Notes under the pieces: model-generated
Told to the model about the DNA's origin: nothing
Database searches by the model: none
Seen by the model: the letters and a program-made list of their open reading frames with translations, nothing else
Part shown: positions 1-10,455 of the stretch, piece after piece
Layout: each line of letters begins with the position of its first letter
How positions within the stretch are numbered: position 1 is the stretch's first letter
Source of the DNA: an uncultured Bacilli bacterium
GTDB lineage: Bacteria; Bacillota_I; Bacilli_A; RF39; UBA660
Direction of reading: 5' to 3'
DNA length: 63,685 nt
Assembly (NCBI GenBank): GCA_947625625.1
Contig: CANQPC010000004.1
Span: 1-63,685 of the forward strand
Program-made: the position numbers and the translations under genes

Positions 1-53
1 CTTTGCTTTAAGTTACTTTCCATTTCTAACTCTTGCGTCGTAAACTTTATCAT
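1..53 (-). CDS. 5' end of an unidentified CDS running off the left edge
   Basis: ATG (rc of cat 51-53) after 'aaaggacgg'; frame open to position 1 (MIKFTTQELEMESNLKQ...). Too short to identify. Confidence 0.25.
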   Translation of the reverse strand, partial: MIKFTTQELEMESNLKQ

Positions 54-92
54 AAAACACCGTCCTTTCTTTGTTAACTTTTTTGTAAAACA

Positions 93-119
93 CAAAAAAA
101 TCAACCCGAACGGATTGAT
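93..119 (-). terminator. Rho-independent terminator (minus strand)
   Basis: On minus strand atcaatcc-gttc-gggttgat (8-bp stem incl. one G.U) followed by TTTTTTT (A-run 93-99 on +). Confidence 0.6.
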
Positions 120-137
120 TATATGTTAAGTTCAAAC

Positions 138-175
138 TATAAAAGTTCGAACAGAAACGTCACTGGAGCGAGTGG
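138..175. repeat. Left copy of imperfect direct repeat (putative attL) of tRNA-Gly-associated element
   Basis: tataaaagttcgaacaga (138-155) matches 5633-5650 at 17/18. After an identical 8-nt spacer length, tggagcgagtg matches the tRNA-Gly 3' end tggagcaggtg at 9/11. Confidence 0.5.
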
Positions 176-441
176 TTAAGTTATTTCAAACTTTTACTCA
201 CTAATTAGGAATTAATACTACATAAGTATCAACTTCTAAATATATTTTAACAATTTATTTTTTATTAAGCAATAGATTTTATGAAATTCTTTCAATAAAT
301 TTATATAAAATATATTTTACAATTATTTTCTCTTTATATATACTTAATTTCTATGTTAAGTATATATTTTTTTGTATATAAATAAATATAACAAAAAAAA
401 TATTTAAAGTGTTTCTATTTTCATTTATAAGTTATTTTAAA

Positions 442-735
442 TTATATAGAAAGTATATCTTGTATCTTTTTTACTTCTTCAATTTCTTTTCCAATTTTAG
501 AATAAATATCTGTAATTTTATTCTCATATTTTTCAATTTCTTTATTATGTTTTTCTAACTTCTTCTTTTGAAAAAATAAAGGTTTCGAATCTTTTAAATA
601 CTTAAGATGGCTCTCAAAAAATTTTACTTGATTATTTAAAAAATTAATGTATAGATTAGATTCTTCAATGCTATTATATAAAGATAAATCTATTATTTTG
701 TTTTCAAGTTCATTTTTATTATCTATTTTATTCAT
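442..735 (-). CDS. hypothetical small coiled-coil protein (IME cargo)
   Basis: 97-aa ORF rich in K/E/L heptad-like sequence; RBS-like 'agggaggat' upstream of ATG (rc). No recognisable motif. Confidence 0.5.
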   Translation of the reverse strand: MNKIDNKNELENKIIDLSLYNSIEESNLYINFLNNQVKFFESHLKYLKDSKPLFFQKKKLEKHNKEIEKYENKITDIYSKIGKEIEEVKKIQDILSI

Positions 736-855
736 TTATAAATCCTCCCTCTCTTTAATAAAAATTATAACACAAAATAGCAAAAATAATAACTTAAAAT
801 AGCAATTTATCTATATTTATCTCACTAAATGGGAAAATTAATATAGGTGAGATGT

Positions 856-1302
856 ATGATAGATTTTTCAAAACTTAAAGATATTAGAGAAGATAATGAT
901 ATAAGCCAAGAGAAAATGGCTGAAATATTAAAGGTTAATCGTTCTACTTATTCTTTATGGGAACTAGGCATTAATATTATTCCTCTTAAATATTTATGTG
1001 ATTTTGCTGATTATTTTAATTATAGTTTAGATTATGTATTAGGATTAACTAATAATAAATCTCATAAAAACTTAATTAAAGGTTTAAATTTGAAAACACT
1101 TGGAAATAATATGAAAACTATAAGATTAAAACATGAGTTATCACAAGAAAATATTGCTGATATACTTGATGTTACTCAAGCATGTATTACTAGATATGAA
1201 AAAGGTTTAATTTGTATTTCAACTTCTAATCTTTACAAGTTTTGTAAGGAATTTAAAATATCTATAAATGAAATTTGTGGCAAAGAGAAAATGAAAAGAT
1301 GA
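856..1302 (+). CDS. XRE-family transcriptional regulator with two tandem HTH domains
   Basis: Two copies of the HTH_3 pattern (ISQEKMAEILKVNRSTYSLWELG; LSQENIADILDVTQACITRYEKG). ATG 856 after 'aggtga' preferred over GTG 847. Confidence 0.75.
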   Translation: MIDFSKLKDIREDNDISQEKMAEILKVNRSTYSLWELGINIIPLKYLCDFADYFNYSLDYVLGLTNNKSHKNLIKGLNLKTLGNNMKTIRLKHELSQENIADILDVTQACITRYEKGLICISTSNLYKFCKEFKISINEICGKEKMKR

Positions 1303-1320
1303 ATTTTGAAATAGATAGTT

Positions 1321-2664
1321 TTATCTTTCAAAATCATCTTTTTCATTATCTTTATAATTATTTTGTATATTATCTAAGTCATTATCATCAATGACATTTT
1401 TCTCATGTAATTCGTTTATAAAATCGTCATACTTATTAGTAGAGAAAAATTTATCTTGTAAAAATTCAATAAACTTTCTCCATAACTCTTTAAAATAATC
1501 TAATGCTTGTTGAAGTGCTGACACTTTATCCTCTAATTCATCAACAGTATCATTTGCATTCTCTAAATCAAATTTTAAATCTTCTATTTTTTCATCACGA
1601 ATTTTAATTTTTCTTTGTAAGTTTTTTACTTCGTTAGAGTGATTTTTTAAATCTTCTTCGTACTTTTCAAGTATAGTAGTTAAATCGTTTGTTGATTTTA
1701 AATTAGAAGTAGTTTCATTAGTTTGGTTTATAAAAGTTTTAATTTCTTCAACATCTTTGCTTGAAATAGTGTAGTTATTTTTATTTAACTTATTAGGTTT
1801 TAAGTTATCAATAATTGCCGTAATTTGATTAGATTTGTTTTGTAAATTATCTGCTTTCTCGTTTAATTCATTAAGTCGTTTTTTATTCTTTTCTTGTTCT
1901 TTTTTTAGTTCTCTATAATTAGTCATATTTTTAACATTAATATCTTGGTTACGACCATCTTCTTTTGTTTTTAGAGTATAGTTTAAATTATAAATTCTAT
2001 TAAAAGAATTGATACAATATATTCGCATTTTATCTTGTATGTTTCGTAAACTATCAGTAGTAAAGACATCACTTTTTCCAACTTGAACCTCCATACCATT
2101 TTTCATTCCTATTTTAAAAGGAACACCAACAATATGAAGATGTGGGGATGACTCGTCAAAATGTATTGTAGCATTTGCTATTTTAAAATTAGGAACAACA
2201 TTCTCTAAATCGTCTATTTGTTCTTTAAAAACTTCTATCATTTTTTTCTTAAATTTATCGTCTTTATCATTCCAAAAATCCATATTACCAAGTTCAATAA
2301 TTATCTCACAAGCAAGGTCTCTTTTATTATCATTAGAAATATGATTAAAATAATTTTCTATCTTTCTATCATTTCTTTTTTGTTTTTGATTATATTTAAT
2401 TCGTGCATTCTCAAACAAATCTAAATACAATTTTTTTGTATCTTCCACAACAGAAGAAGTACCTTTGATTGTATAAATCAATTCTTTTTTATCATCATAT
2501 TTTCTTAAATTATGTTTATCAACTTTTGATAATTGCTGATGATTTTGTATTGCATTATTACTAAATGAAGTAGAAGTATTACCACTTTTTTTAGCATATT
2601 GTTTTGCTCGTTTAGTCTTATTTTTATCATTACTTAAATGTAATGAATAAGATAATTCTTCCAT
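1321..2664 (-). CDS. mob: MobV-family (Pre/Mob) plasmid mobilization relaxase
   Basis: Exact HxDExxPHxH motif (HFDESSPHLH) and N-terminal HxxR (HNLR); long coiled-coil C-terminus as in MobM-type relaxases. Confidence 0.85.
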   Translation of the reverse strand: MEELSYSLHLSNDKNKTKRAKQYAKKSGNTSTSFSNNAIQNHQQLSKVDKHNLRKYDDKKELIYTIKGTSSVVEDTKKLYLDLFENARIKYNQKQKRNDRKIENYFNHISNDNKRDLACEIIIELGNMDFWNDKDDKFKKKMIEVFKEQIDDLENVVPNFKIANATIHFDESSPHLHIVGVPFKIGMKNGMEVQVGKSDVFTTDSLRNIQDKMRIYCINSFNRIYNLNYTLKTKEDGRNQDINVKNMTNYRELKKEQEKNKKRLNELNEKADNLQNKSNQITAIIDNLKPNKLNKNNYTISSKDVEEIKTFINQTNETTSNLKSTNDLTTILEKYEEDLKNHSNEVKNLQRKIKIRDEKIEDLKFDLENANDTVDELEDKVSALQQALDYFKELWRKFIEFLQDKFFSTNKYDDFINELHEKNVIDDNDLDNIQNNYKDNEKDDFER

Positions 2665-2738
2665 ATCAACCAGACCTCCTTTTTAAAATAGCATTTATTA
2701 TATATGATAGTGCAATTTTGTTTTGACGGAATTTCTAA

Positions 2739-2798
2739 CCCCCTATAGATTTTGACGCATACATCAAAATCTGGGGGCTAAGGTTTAAGCAACCTTAG
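2739..2798. other. Candidate oriT: two adjacent inverted repeats upstream of mob
   Basis: IR1 agattttga(2747-2755)/tcaaaatct(2764-2772), flanked by ccccc/ggggg. IR2 ctaaggtt(2778-2785)/aaccttag(2791-2798). Lies 75-135 nt upstream of the mob start. Confidence 0.4.
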
Positions 2799-3146
2799 AA
2801 ACCGCTTGTCTTATTCTGTAATAATGCTAAGCAAAGCATAAGCATTAAAACTACATAAGACTTAGATAAAATAACAAGTATCACTTATTATTTTATCTAT
2901 GAAAATTATTCAAAGTAATTGCAAATTCCATAAGCAATTATTTTCATAATTTTATTTACAAACTATCGCCACTTTCATTGAACCTAGTTCAACAAAACGT
3001 GCCACGTTTGTTATAACTTTTTAGAAAAAAGTTAGCAAAAAATTTTTTTTATAGATAACATCAAAAAGCAAAAAATTATTTTTGTTTTTGAGATTTTTCC
3101 ATTATGTCTTTCCTTTTTTTTGTTAGTCAAGAATCAAGACGAGCAA

Positions 3147-5015
<1,869 letters not shown>

Positions 5016-5044
5016 TTAATCAATTCCTTTCTATCTCTTATTAT

Positions 5045-5096
5045 CAAAAAAGAGGCAACAAAGACTAAAAACAATTTTTATGTCTTTGACACCTCT
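5045..5096 (-). terminator. terminator-like hairpin immediately upstream of the IME recombinase start
   Basis: Minus strand: agaggtgtcaaagac-(16 nt)-gtctttgttgcctct followed by TTTTTT (A-run 5045-5050 on +). Confidence 0.4.
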
Positions 5097-5271
5097 AATG
5101 GTTATTTTATATAAATTGTACTTTTAACTTTGTTTTACATTAACCCCACCAAACATAAAACTTGTTTCTTGGTTGTTTATTATATAAAATTTTATATAAA
5201 AGTCAAGACATAAAGTCTATTTTAAGCCCAATATAACGAGTTTTTAGTGAAGTTGGTATATTTATCTAGTT

Positions 5272-5547
5272 TTAGTTTAATTGTTTAATAAAGGTTTCTA
5301 AATCTTTTAATTCTATACCTTTTGATAAATTATCAATATACAAAGTATTAGAGTAGTTAAATGCTAAAAATGTAGTTTGTTTAATAATTATTCTATGAGG
5401 TTCAATATATGTTATATTTGTTTTATCTATTTTACGAATATTACCATTGATAATAGTAGGAGTAGTATTACAAAAATTACATATAAATTCAATTTTCTTC
5501 TTTAATTCATTATCTAACTCTAATTTTGTTTTAATAATATTTACCAT
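5272..5547 (-). CDS. hypothetical protein (IME, upstream of recombinase)
   Basis: 91-aa ORF with 'aaggatagg' RBS-like sequence; no recognisable motif. Its position would suit an accessory or directionality factor, but this is unsupported. Confidence 0.45.
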   Translation of the reverse strand: MVNIIKTKLELDNELKKKIEFICNFCNTTPTIINGNIRKIDKTNITYIEPHRIIIKQTTFLAFNYSNTLYIDNLSKGIELKDLETFIKQLN

Positions 5548-5578
5548 ATAAACCTATCCTTTCTTTAATTTAAGCATT

Positions 5579-5611
5579 AAAAAAGTACCAACTTCTTTTG
5601 AAATTGATACT
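5579..5611 (-). terminator. Rho-independent terminator downstream of tRNA-Gly
   Basis: Minus strand agtatcaa-(12 nt)-ttggtact (8 bp incl. G.U) followed by TTTTT. Confidence 0.5.
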
Positions 5612-5632
5612 TTATATATTTAAGCCCTACTT

Positions 5633-5670
5633 TATAAAAGTTCGGACAGATTTCCCAATGGAGCAGGTGA
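5633..5670. repeat. Right copy of imperfect direct repeat (putative attR), overlapping the tRNA-Gly 3' end
   Basis: See 138-175; includes the last 11-12 nt of the tRNA gene. Confidence 0.5.
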
Positions 5671-5732
5671 TGAGAATCGAACTCACGCAGTCAGCTTGGA
5701 AGGCTGAGGTTCTACCATTAAACTACACCTGC
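5659..5732 (-). tRNA. tRNA-Gly (anticodon UCC), CCA encoded
   Basis: rc = gcaggtgtagtttaatggtagaacctcagccttccaagctgactgcgtgagttcgattctcatcacctgctcca. Acceptor gcaggtg/cacctgc, anticodon loop cuUCCaa, T-loop gttcgattc. Confidence 0.92.
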
Positions 5733-5749
5733 ATCAGTAGGCAATAATA

Positions 5750-5778
5750 ATTCTACTATAAAATTGTATGTTTGTCAA
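5750..5778 (-). promoter_or_regulatory. sigmaA-type promoter of tRNA-Gly
   Basis: Minus strand TTGACA (5778-5773), 17 nt spacer, TAGAAT (5755-5750); about 18 nt upstream of the tRNA 5' end. Confidence 0.6.
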
Positions 5779-5880
5779 TTGTTTTCTAAATTTTCAATGA
5801 AAAAAATGCAAATTTTAAGTAAAAAGATAAATAACGATAATTATTGAAAAGATAAAGAGCATATTATTAGTGGTGATTTG

Positions 5881-6801
5881 ATGAAAATAAGACTTGGATA
5901 TGTTGCGATTAGTAATTCTCTTAATATAACTAGTTCTAGTCCTTTTACTTATAGTGAATATATTAAAAGTAAAAATTTTGATAAATTGAATAAAGTGATT
6001 TTGTCTAATTTGAAGGCTTTAGATGAGATAATAGATTATAATATAAAAAATAATATTCATTTTTATAGAATGTCTTCTAGAATTATACCTTTAGCAACGA
6101 AAGATGATGTTTACTTCGACTATATTGATAAGTATAGAGAATACTATAATAAAATAGGGAAAAAAATAGCTGATGTCAATATGAGAGTTGACTTTCATCC
6201 AGATCAATTTTGTGTTTTAAATAGTACAAAAAAAGAAGTTGTGAAGAATAGTATAAAAATATTAAAATATCATTATAATTTACTTAAAGCATTGGGAATT
6301 AAGAAAAAGATATTAGTATTACATGTTGGAAGTAATGTTTTGGGAAAAGAAAATTCAATTAAAAGATTTATCAATAATTTTAATAAATTGCCTAAATATT
6401 TAAAAAATATTATAGCTATTGAAAATGATGATAAAATATTTAATGTTTCAGATGTTCTTTTTATATCTAAGATAATTAATGTACCTGTTGTTTTAGATTA
6501 CCATCATCATTGTTGTAATAAAAGTGATTTTGATATGGAAGAGGTTTTTAAAACTTGGAATAATATGAATCCTAAAATACATTTTTCATCTCCTAAAAAT
6601 AAAAAAGAATATCGTAGTCATAATGATTATATTAATATTGAAGATTTTTTGAGTTTTATTGATATTATAAAGAAATATGATTATGATATAGATATTATGA
6701 TCGAAGCTAAGGGAAAAGATGATAGCTTATTTAGATTAATTAGACAAATTAAATATAAAACTAATTATCAATTTATTGATGATACTACATTTTTAGTATA
6801 A
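5881..6801 (+). CDS. uvsE: UV damage endonuclease (UvsE/UVDE family)
   Basis: N-terminal MKIRLGYVAIS..., TIM-barrel-like HxG/E pattern (LVLHVGS, AIENDD, IMIEAK) typical of UvdE. Confidence 0.75.
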   Translation: MKIRLGYVAISNSLNITSSSPFTYSEYIKSKNFDKLNKVILSNLKALDEIIDYNIKNNIHFYRMSSRIIPLATKDDVYFDYIDKYREYYNKIGKKIADVNMRVDFHPDQFCVLNSTKKEVVKNSIKILKYHYNLLKALGIKKKILVLHVGSNVLGKENSIKRFINNFNKLPKYLKNIIAIENDDKIFNVSDVLFISKIINVPVVLDYHHHCCNKSDFDMEEVFKTWNNMNPKIHFSSPKNKKEYRSHNDYINIEDFLSFIDIIKKYDYDIDIMIEAKGKDDSLFRLIRQIKYKTNYQFIDDTTFLV

Positions 6802-6826
6802 ATAAAGAATAAATTTTATTCTATTC

Positions 6827-7675
6827 TCATAATATTTTACTTATAAATTCAATTATTATTCCTGATAATGCTCCAAGAAAATATAGTATTAAAATAATTG
6901 AAATATTTTCTTTGATATTTTTGTTTTCTTTGAATAGGACTAATAGTGCTGTTCCACTTCCTGTCAGTAAGCCACTAATTAATGATGAAAAAGTTATAGT
7001 ATTATTTAGATATAATTCTGTTAAAATTACACTTGCTCCACAATTAGGAATTAAACCGATTATACTTGTTATGATGGGTGCAAAAATAGTGTTACTAAGA
7101 AATATCTTGGAGATAATGTCTTTATTAACATAGACAAAAACAATATTTAATATGAATGTTGTTACAAAGATAAAGATAAAAATATTAAATGTATGTTTAA
7201 TGGTTGACTTGATGATACTATCTTTACAATGACAGTGCTCTTCATTACAAATTTGATAGTTTTGTTTTTCTTCTAATTTATTTTTCTTGCGGAGAATTAG
7301 GTCTATTATTAATCCGTATACTAATCCAAGTATTATTTTCAATATTATTATTGCTAATATGGTAGAAATATTGGCTTTTTGAGATATTAAGATGGGAAGC
7401 ATTTCATCACTTGTAGATAAATATATAGAAATTAATGTTCCAAGGGTAATTATTCTGGTAACGTAGAGATTAGTTGCCATAACTGAAAAGCCACATTGAG
7501 GAACTGATCCAAGTAAGGCTCCAATGATGGGGCCATATTTTTTACTTTTAGTTATGATATTTTTATTTTTATTTGATAATTTATGTTCTATGAATTCTAT
7601 TATTAAAAAGGCTATAAATAAAAATGGTAATATTTTTAAAACATCTATTATCGAGTCTAATAGTATATCTAACAT
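6827..7675 (-). CDS. polytopic membrane protein, ArsP_2/DUF2899-like putative metal exporter
   Basis: About 10 TM segments and duplicated motifs PQCGFSVMATNLY / PNCGASVILTELY plus STSDEMLPIL. Confidence 0.5.
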   Translation of the reverse strand: MLDILLDSIIDVLKILPFLFIAFLIIEFIEHKLSNKNKNIITKSKKYGPIIGALLGSVPQCGFSVMATNLYVTRIITLGTLISIYLSTSDEMLPILISQKANISTILAIIILKIILGLVYGLIIDLILRKKNKLEEKQNYQICNEEHCHCKDSIIKSTIKHTFNIFIFIFVTTFILNIVFVYVNKDIISKIFLSNTIFAPIITSIIGLIPNCGASVILTELYLNNTITFSSLISGLLTGSGTALLVLFKENKNIKENISIILILYFLGALSGIIIEFISKIL

Positions 7676-7736
7676 GGTACCCTCCTTTTATTCTACTAAA
7701 AATTATAGCATGAGTTTATATTTTATTCAATATTTA

Positions 7737-8693
7737 TTATCTTTGTAAAATGGAATGATAGTCTTCTTTAGTTTTTACTTTGGATTTTGGAAGTAGACTA
7801 ATTTTATCTCGATTATTATTTAAAAAGTCTGCTAGTACGTTAAAAACAATATTAAAAATGAAGTATTCTTTGTTTATATTAAAACCTTTTTCTCGATATT
7901 TGGAAATTATTTCATCACAGAGAGGAAATGATCCTTCTAAAATTGTATTTATTGTCTTTTTTGCATTTATGAGAAGGCTTTTGAAATATTTATCATAGCT
8001 TGAAATATCTAAATTATTACTTAGTAAGTTATTTATAAATAGTGTTTTAACTATTTCGTATAATTCTATATATTCTTTAGAATTGGGTTGTACTTCAGTT
8101 AAATTAGATGTTTTTGATATATATGGATAGCATTCTTCATCATAATTTGGATTGTAATAAAAAGGATCTTTATTCCAATCTATTGTTATTTTTTCGTAGC
8201 TCTCTATGCATTGAAGATTAAATAGTAAAAGGGTACTTACAACCCAATTTTCAAATACTACTGTTTGGGGAGAATATATGTAAGGACTTCTTACATATAT
8301 GCCATCATAGTCTCTTGATAATAATTCAAAATCAATTGCTTTGTGTTTTTCATCATATTCTCCATAGTAGCTTAAAGCATGATGTAATGATGGATATTTT
8401 TTTGTAGCAATTATATAATCATTAATATCTTTAAACTCTAGTATTTTGGCAGTATCTTTTAATGTAAATCGACAGGCATTTTTTGAATTGGTAAAATAGG
8501 CTAAATATAGGTTTTCTCTTTCGAAGATATAATCATGCCATTCTGATATAAAGTATTTGTCACTGCCATAGGGGCTAGCCCATAAGCCACCATTTGGTTT
8601 GAAAGCATAGTTGTTTAAAGGTCTTAATGGCTTTCGAAATAAGTCACTTATCATATCTGTTTTATTTATTGATATAAATGTTTTTTGCTCCAT
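7737..8693 (-). CDS. hypothetical protein
   Basis: 318-aa uninterrupted ORF; no motif recognised. Confidence 0.5.
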   Translation of the reverse strand: MEQKTFISINKTDMISDLFRKPLRPLNNYAFKPNGGLWASPYGSDKYFISEWHDYIFERENLYLAYFTNSKNACRFTLKDTAKILEFKDINDYIIATKKYPSLHHALSYYGEYDEKHKAIDFELLSRDYDGIYVRSPYIYSPQTVVFENWVVSTLLLFNLQCIESYEKITIDWNKDPFYYNPNYDEECYPYISKTSNLTEVQPNSKEYIELYEIVKTLFINNLLSNNLDISSYDKYFKSLLINAKKTINTILEGSFPLCDEIISKYREKGFNINKEYFIFNIVFNVLADFLNNNRDKISLLPKSKVKTKEDYHSILQR

Positions 8694-8814
8694 GTTTTTC
8701 CTCTTTCTTTATGTGAGTAGTTATCATACTTTATTTAGTTTTTTTTGTCAATACTTATTTAGTATTTTTTTGTTTTATATGACATACTATTTTATACAAA
8801 TAAGAAAAAAATTC

Positions 8815-8843
8815 TTTACTTATTTTGTTAAAACTGCTATAAT
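8815..8843 (+). promoter_or_regulatory. candidate promoter of the rpsF operon
   Basis: TTTACT (8815-8820), 17 nt spacer, extended -10 TGcTATAAT (8835-8843). Confidence 0.45.
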
Positions 8844-8850
8844 ACTTATG

Positions 8851-8897
8851 AGCGAAAAGCTCCTTGCCCGTTTAGGGCCGTTAGTCCAAAAGGAGGT
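8851..8897 (+). promoter_or_regulatory. structured rpsF 5' leader (possible S6:S18 autoregulatory element)
   Basis: ctcctt...aaggag helix encloses the gccc-gttta-gggc hairpin and sequesters the SD just before ATG 8904. Confidence 0.3.
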
Positions 8898-8903
8898 GTA
8901 ATA

Positions 8904-9194
8904 ATGAAGAATTATGAAATAATGTTTATTGTAAGACCAGACATTGATGAATCTTCTGTTAAAAACACTGTTAAATCATTAGAAAAGGTTTTAACGGATC
9001 GTAAAGCTAAAATAACATTATCAAAGGAACTCGGACAAAAAGAGTTTGCTTATGAAATTAAAAAATTTAAGTCAGGTTATTACTTTTTATATAACATTGA
9101 AACTAATGATGATGCTGCAGTTAATGAATTTAACAGAGTAGCTAGATTAGATGAAAATGTTGTTAGACATCTTGTTATAAACTTAGATAAATAA
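8904..9194 (+). CDS. rpsF: 30S ribosomal protein S6
   Basis: MKNYEIMFIVRPD... signature and rpsF-ssb-rpsR synteny. Confidence 0.95.
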   Translation: MKNYEIMFIVRPDIDESSVKNTVKSLEKVLTDRKAKITLSKELGQKEFAYEIKKFKSGYYFLYNIETNDDAAVNEFNRVARLDENVVRHLVINLDK

Positions 9195-9204
9195 GGAGTG
9201 TAAA

Positions 9205-9678
9205 ATGAATAAAGCTATTTTAATTGGAAGATTAACTAGAGATCCTGAACTTAGGACAACTCCTACTGGGAGAAATGTATGTCAGTTTTCTGTTGCAGTA
9301 AATAGAACTTATACTAATGCTAATGGTGAAAGAGAAGCTGATTTTATTAATTGTGTAGTTTGGGATAAGCAAGCTGAAAATTTAGTTAAATATCAGAAAA
9401 AGGGAAATCAGATTGCGGTAGAAGGTAGAATTCAAACAAGAAATTATGATGATAATAATGGTAAAAAGGTTTATGTTACTGAAGTACTTGCTAGCAATAT
9501 TAGCTTTTTAGATGCTAAAGGAAGTAGCTCTAATAGTAGCTTTAATAATTTACCAGAACCACCTATGCAGGATTCTATGCAAGAGGAATCTTCAATGGAA
9601 ACTGTTTCGGTTGAAAAAGATCCTTTTGAGGCATTTGGGGATTCTATCGAAATTAGTGATAATGATTTACCATTCTAA
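9205..9678 (+). CDS. ssb: single-stranded DNA-binding protein
   Basis: OB-fold N-terminus MNKAILIGRLTRDPELR and acidic tail ending DLPF. Confidence 0.95.
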   Translation: MNKAILIGRLTRDPELRTTPTGRNVCQFSVAVNRTYTNANGEREADFINCVVWDKQAENLVKYQKKGNQIAVEGRIQTRNYDDNNGKKVYVTEVLASNISFLDAKGSSSNSSFNNLPEPPMQDSMQEESSMETVSVEKDPFEAFGDSIEISDNDLPF

Positions 9679-9693
9679 AAAGGAGGATAAACA

Positions 9694-9912
9694 ATGGCAG
9701 AATTTCGTAATAAGAAAAGAAAAAAAGTATGTCATATGTGTTTAGGTAAACCAGTTAATTATAAAGATGTAAATGTTATTTTAAAATATGTTAATGATAA
9801 TGGTAAAATTTTACCTAGAAGATTTACTGGTACTTGTGCTAAACATCAAAGACATGTTGCTCAAGAGGTTAAGAGAGCAAGATTTATGGGATTTATTCCA
9901 TTTTGTAAATAA
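9694..9912 (+). CDS. rpsR: 30S ribosomal protein S18
   Basis: KKVC..., ILPRRFTGTCAKHQR motif; synteny. Confidence 0.95.
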   Translation: MAEFRNKKRKKVCHMCLGKPVNYKDVNVILKYVNDNGKILPRRFTGTCAKHQRHVAQEVKRARFMGFIPFCK

Positions 9913-9915
9913 AAG

Positions 9916-9941
9916 TATAGCTGTTATTGGCTATATTTTTT
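9916..9941 (+). terminator. weak terminator after rpsR
   Basis: tatagc-(8 nt)-gctata followed by a T-run. Confidence 0.35.
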
Positions 9942-10003
9942 CTTTTTTATAATGACACCTATGAAAAAATATTGTATAATAGTAATACGAAGGTGGGAAT
10001 TTT

Positions 10004-10447
10004 ATGAAGGTTATTTTTTTGAAAGATTTAAAGAAACAGGGTAAAAAAAATGAAATAAAGGAAGTTAGCGATGGTTATGCTACTAACTATTTAATAAAGA
10101 ATGGTTATGCTGTTAAATATACTAAATCAAGTAGTGAAATACTAGATAATCAAATAGAAAATGATAGAAAAAAAGAAGAAGAAAATATTAAAATTGCCAA
10201 CGATGTAAAGAAAAAGCTTGAGGGTGAGAAAATAGTTTTTGAGGTTTCTTCAGGAAAAGAAGGGAAAGTATTTGGATCTATATCTAGTAAGCAAATATGT
10301 GAAAGGCTAGAGAAATTAGGTTATAATGTTGATAAAAAAATGATTATGATAAATGAACCGTTGTCTTCACTTGGAAATTTTAATGTCGATATCATGTTAC
10401 ATAAAAAGGTTATTGCGAAAATTAATGTTGAACTTATAAAGAAGTAG
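10004..10447 (+). CDS. rplI: 50S ribosomal protein L9
   Basis: MKVIFLKDLKKQGKKNEIKEVSDGYATNYLI signature. Confidence 0.93.
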   Translation: MKVIFLKDLKKQGKKNEIKEVSDGYATNYLIKNGYAVKYTKSSSEILDNQIENDRKKEEENIKIANDVKKKLEGEKIVFEVSSGKEGKVFGSISSKQICERLEKLGYNVDKKMIMINEPLSSLGNFNVDIMLHKKVIAKINVELIKK

Positions 10448-10455
10448 GTGATATT

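Noticed and set aside
164-236. A second (degenerate) tRNA gene at the left direct repeat
   Set aside because: Only the last ~11 nt resemble a tRNA 3' end. The upstream 60 nt give no acceptor-stem complement, no GTTCGAATC-like T-loop and no cloverleaf.
8611-8901. ORF 8611-8901 (+) upstream of rpsF
   Set aside because: It is hydrophobic and low-complexity, overlaps the end of gene 7737-8693 and runs through the rpsF promoter and leader, so it is most likely non-coding.
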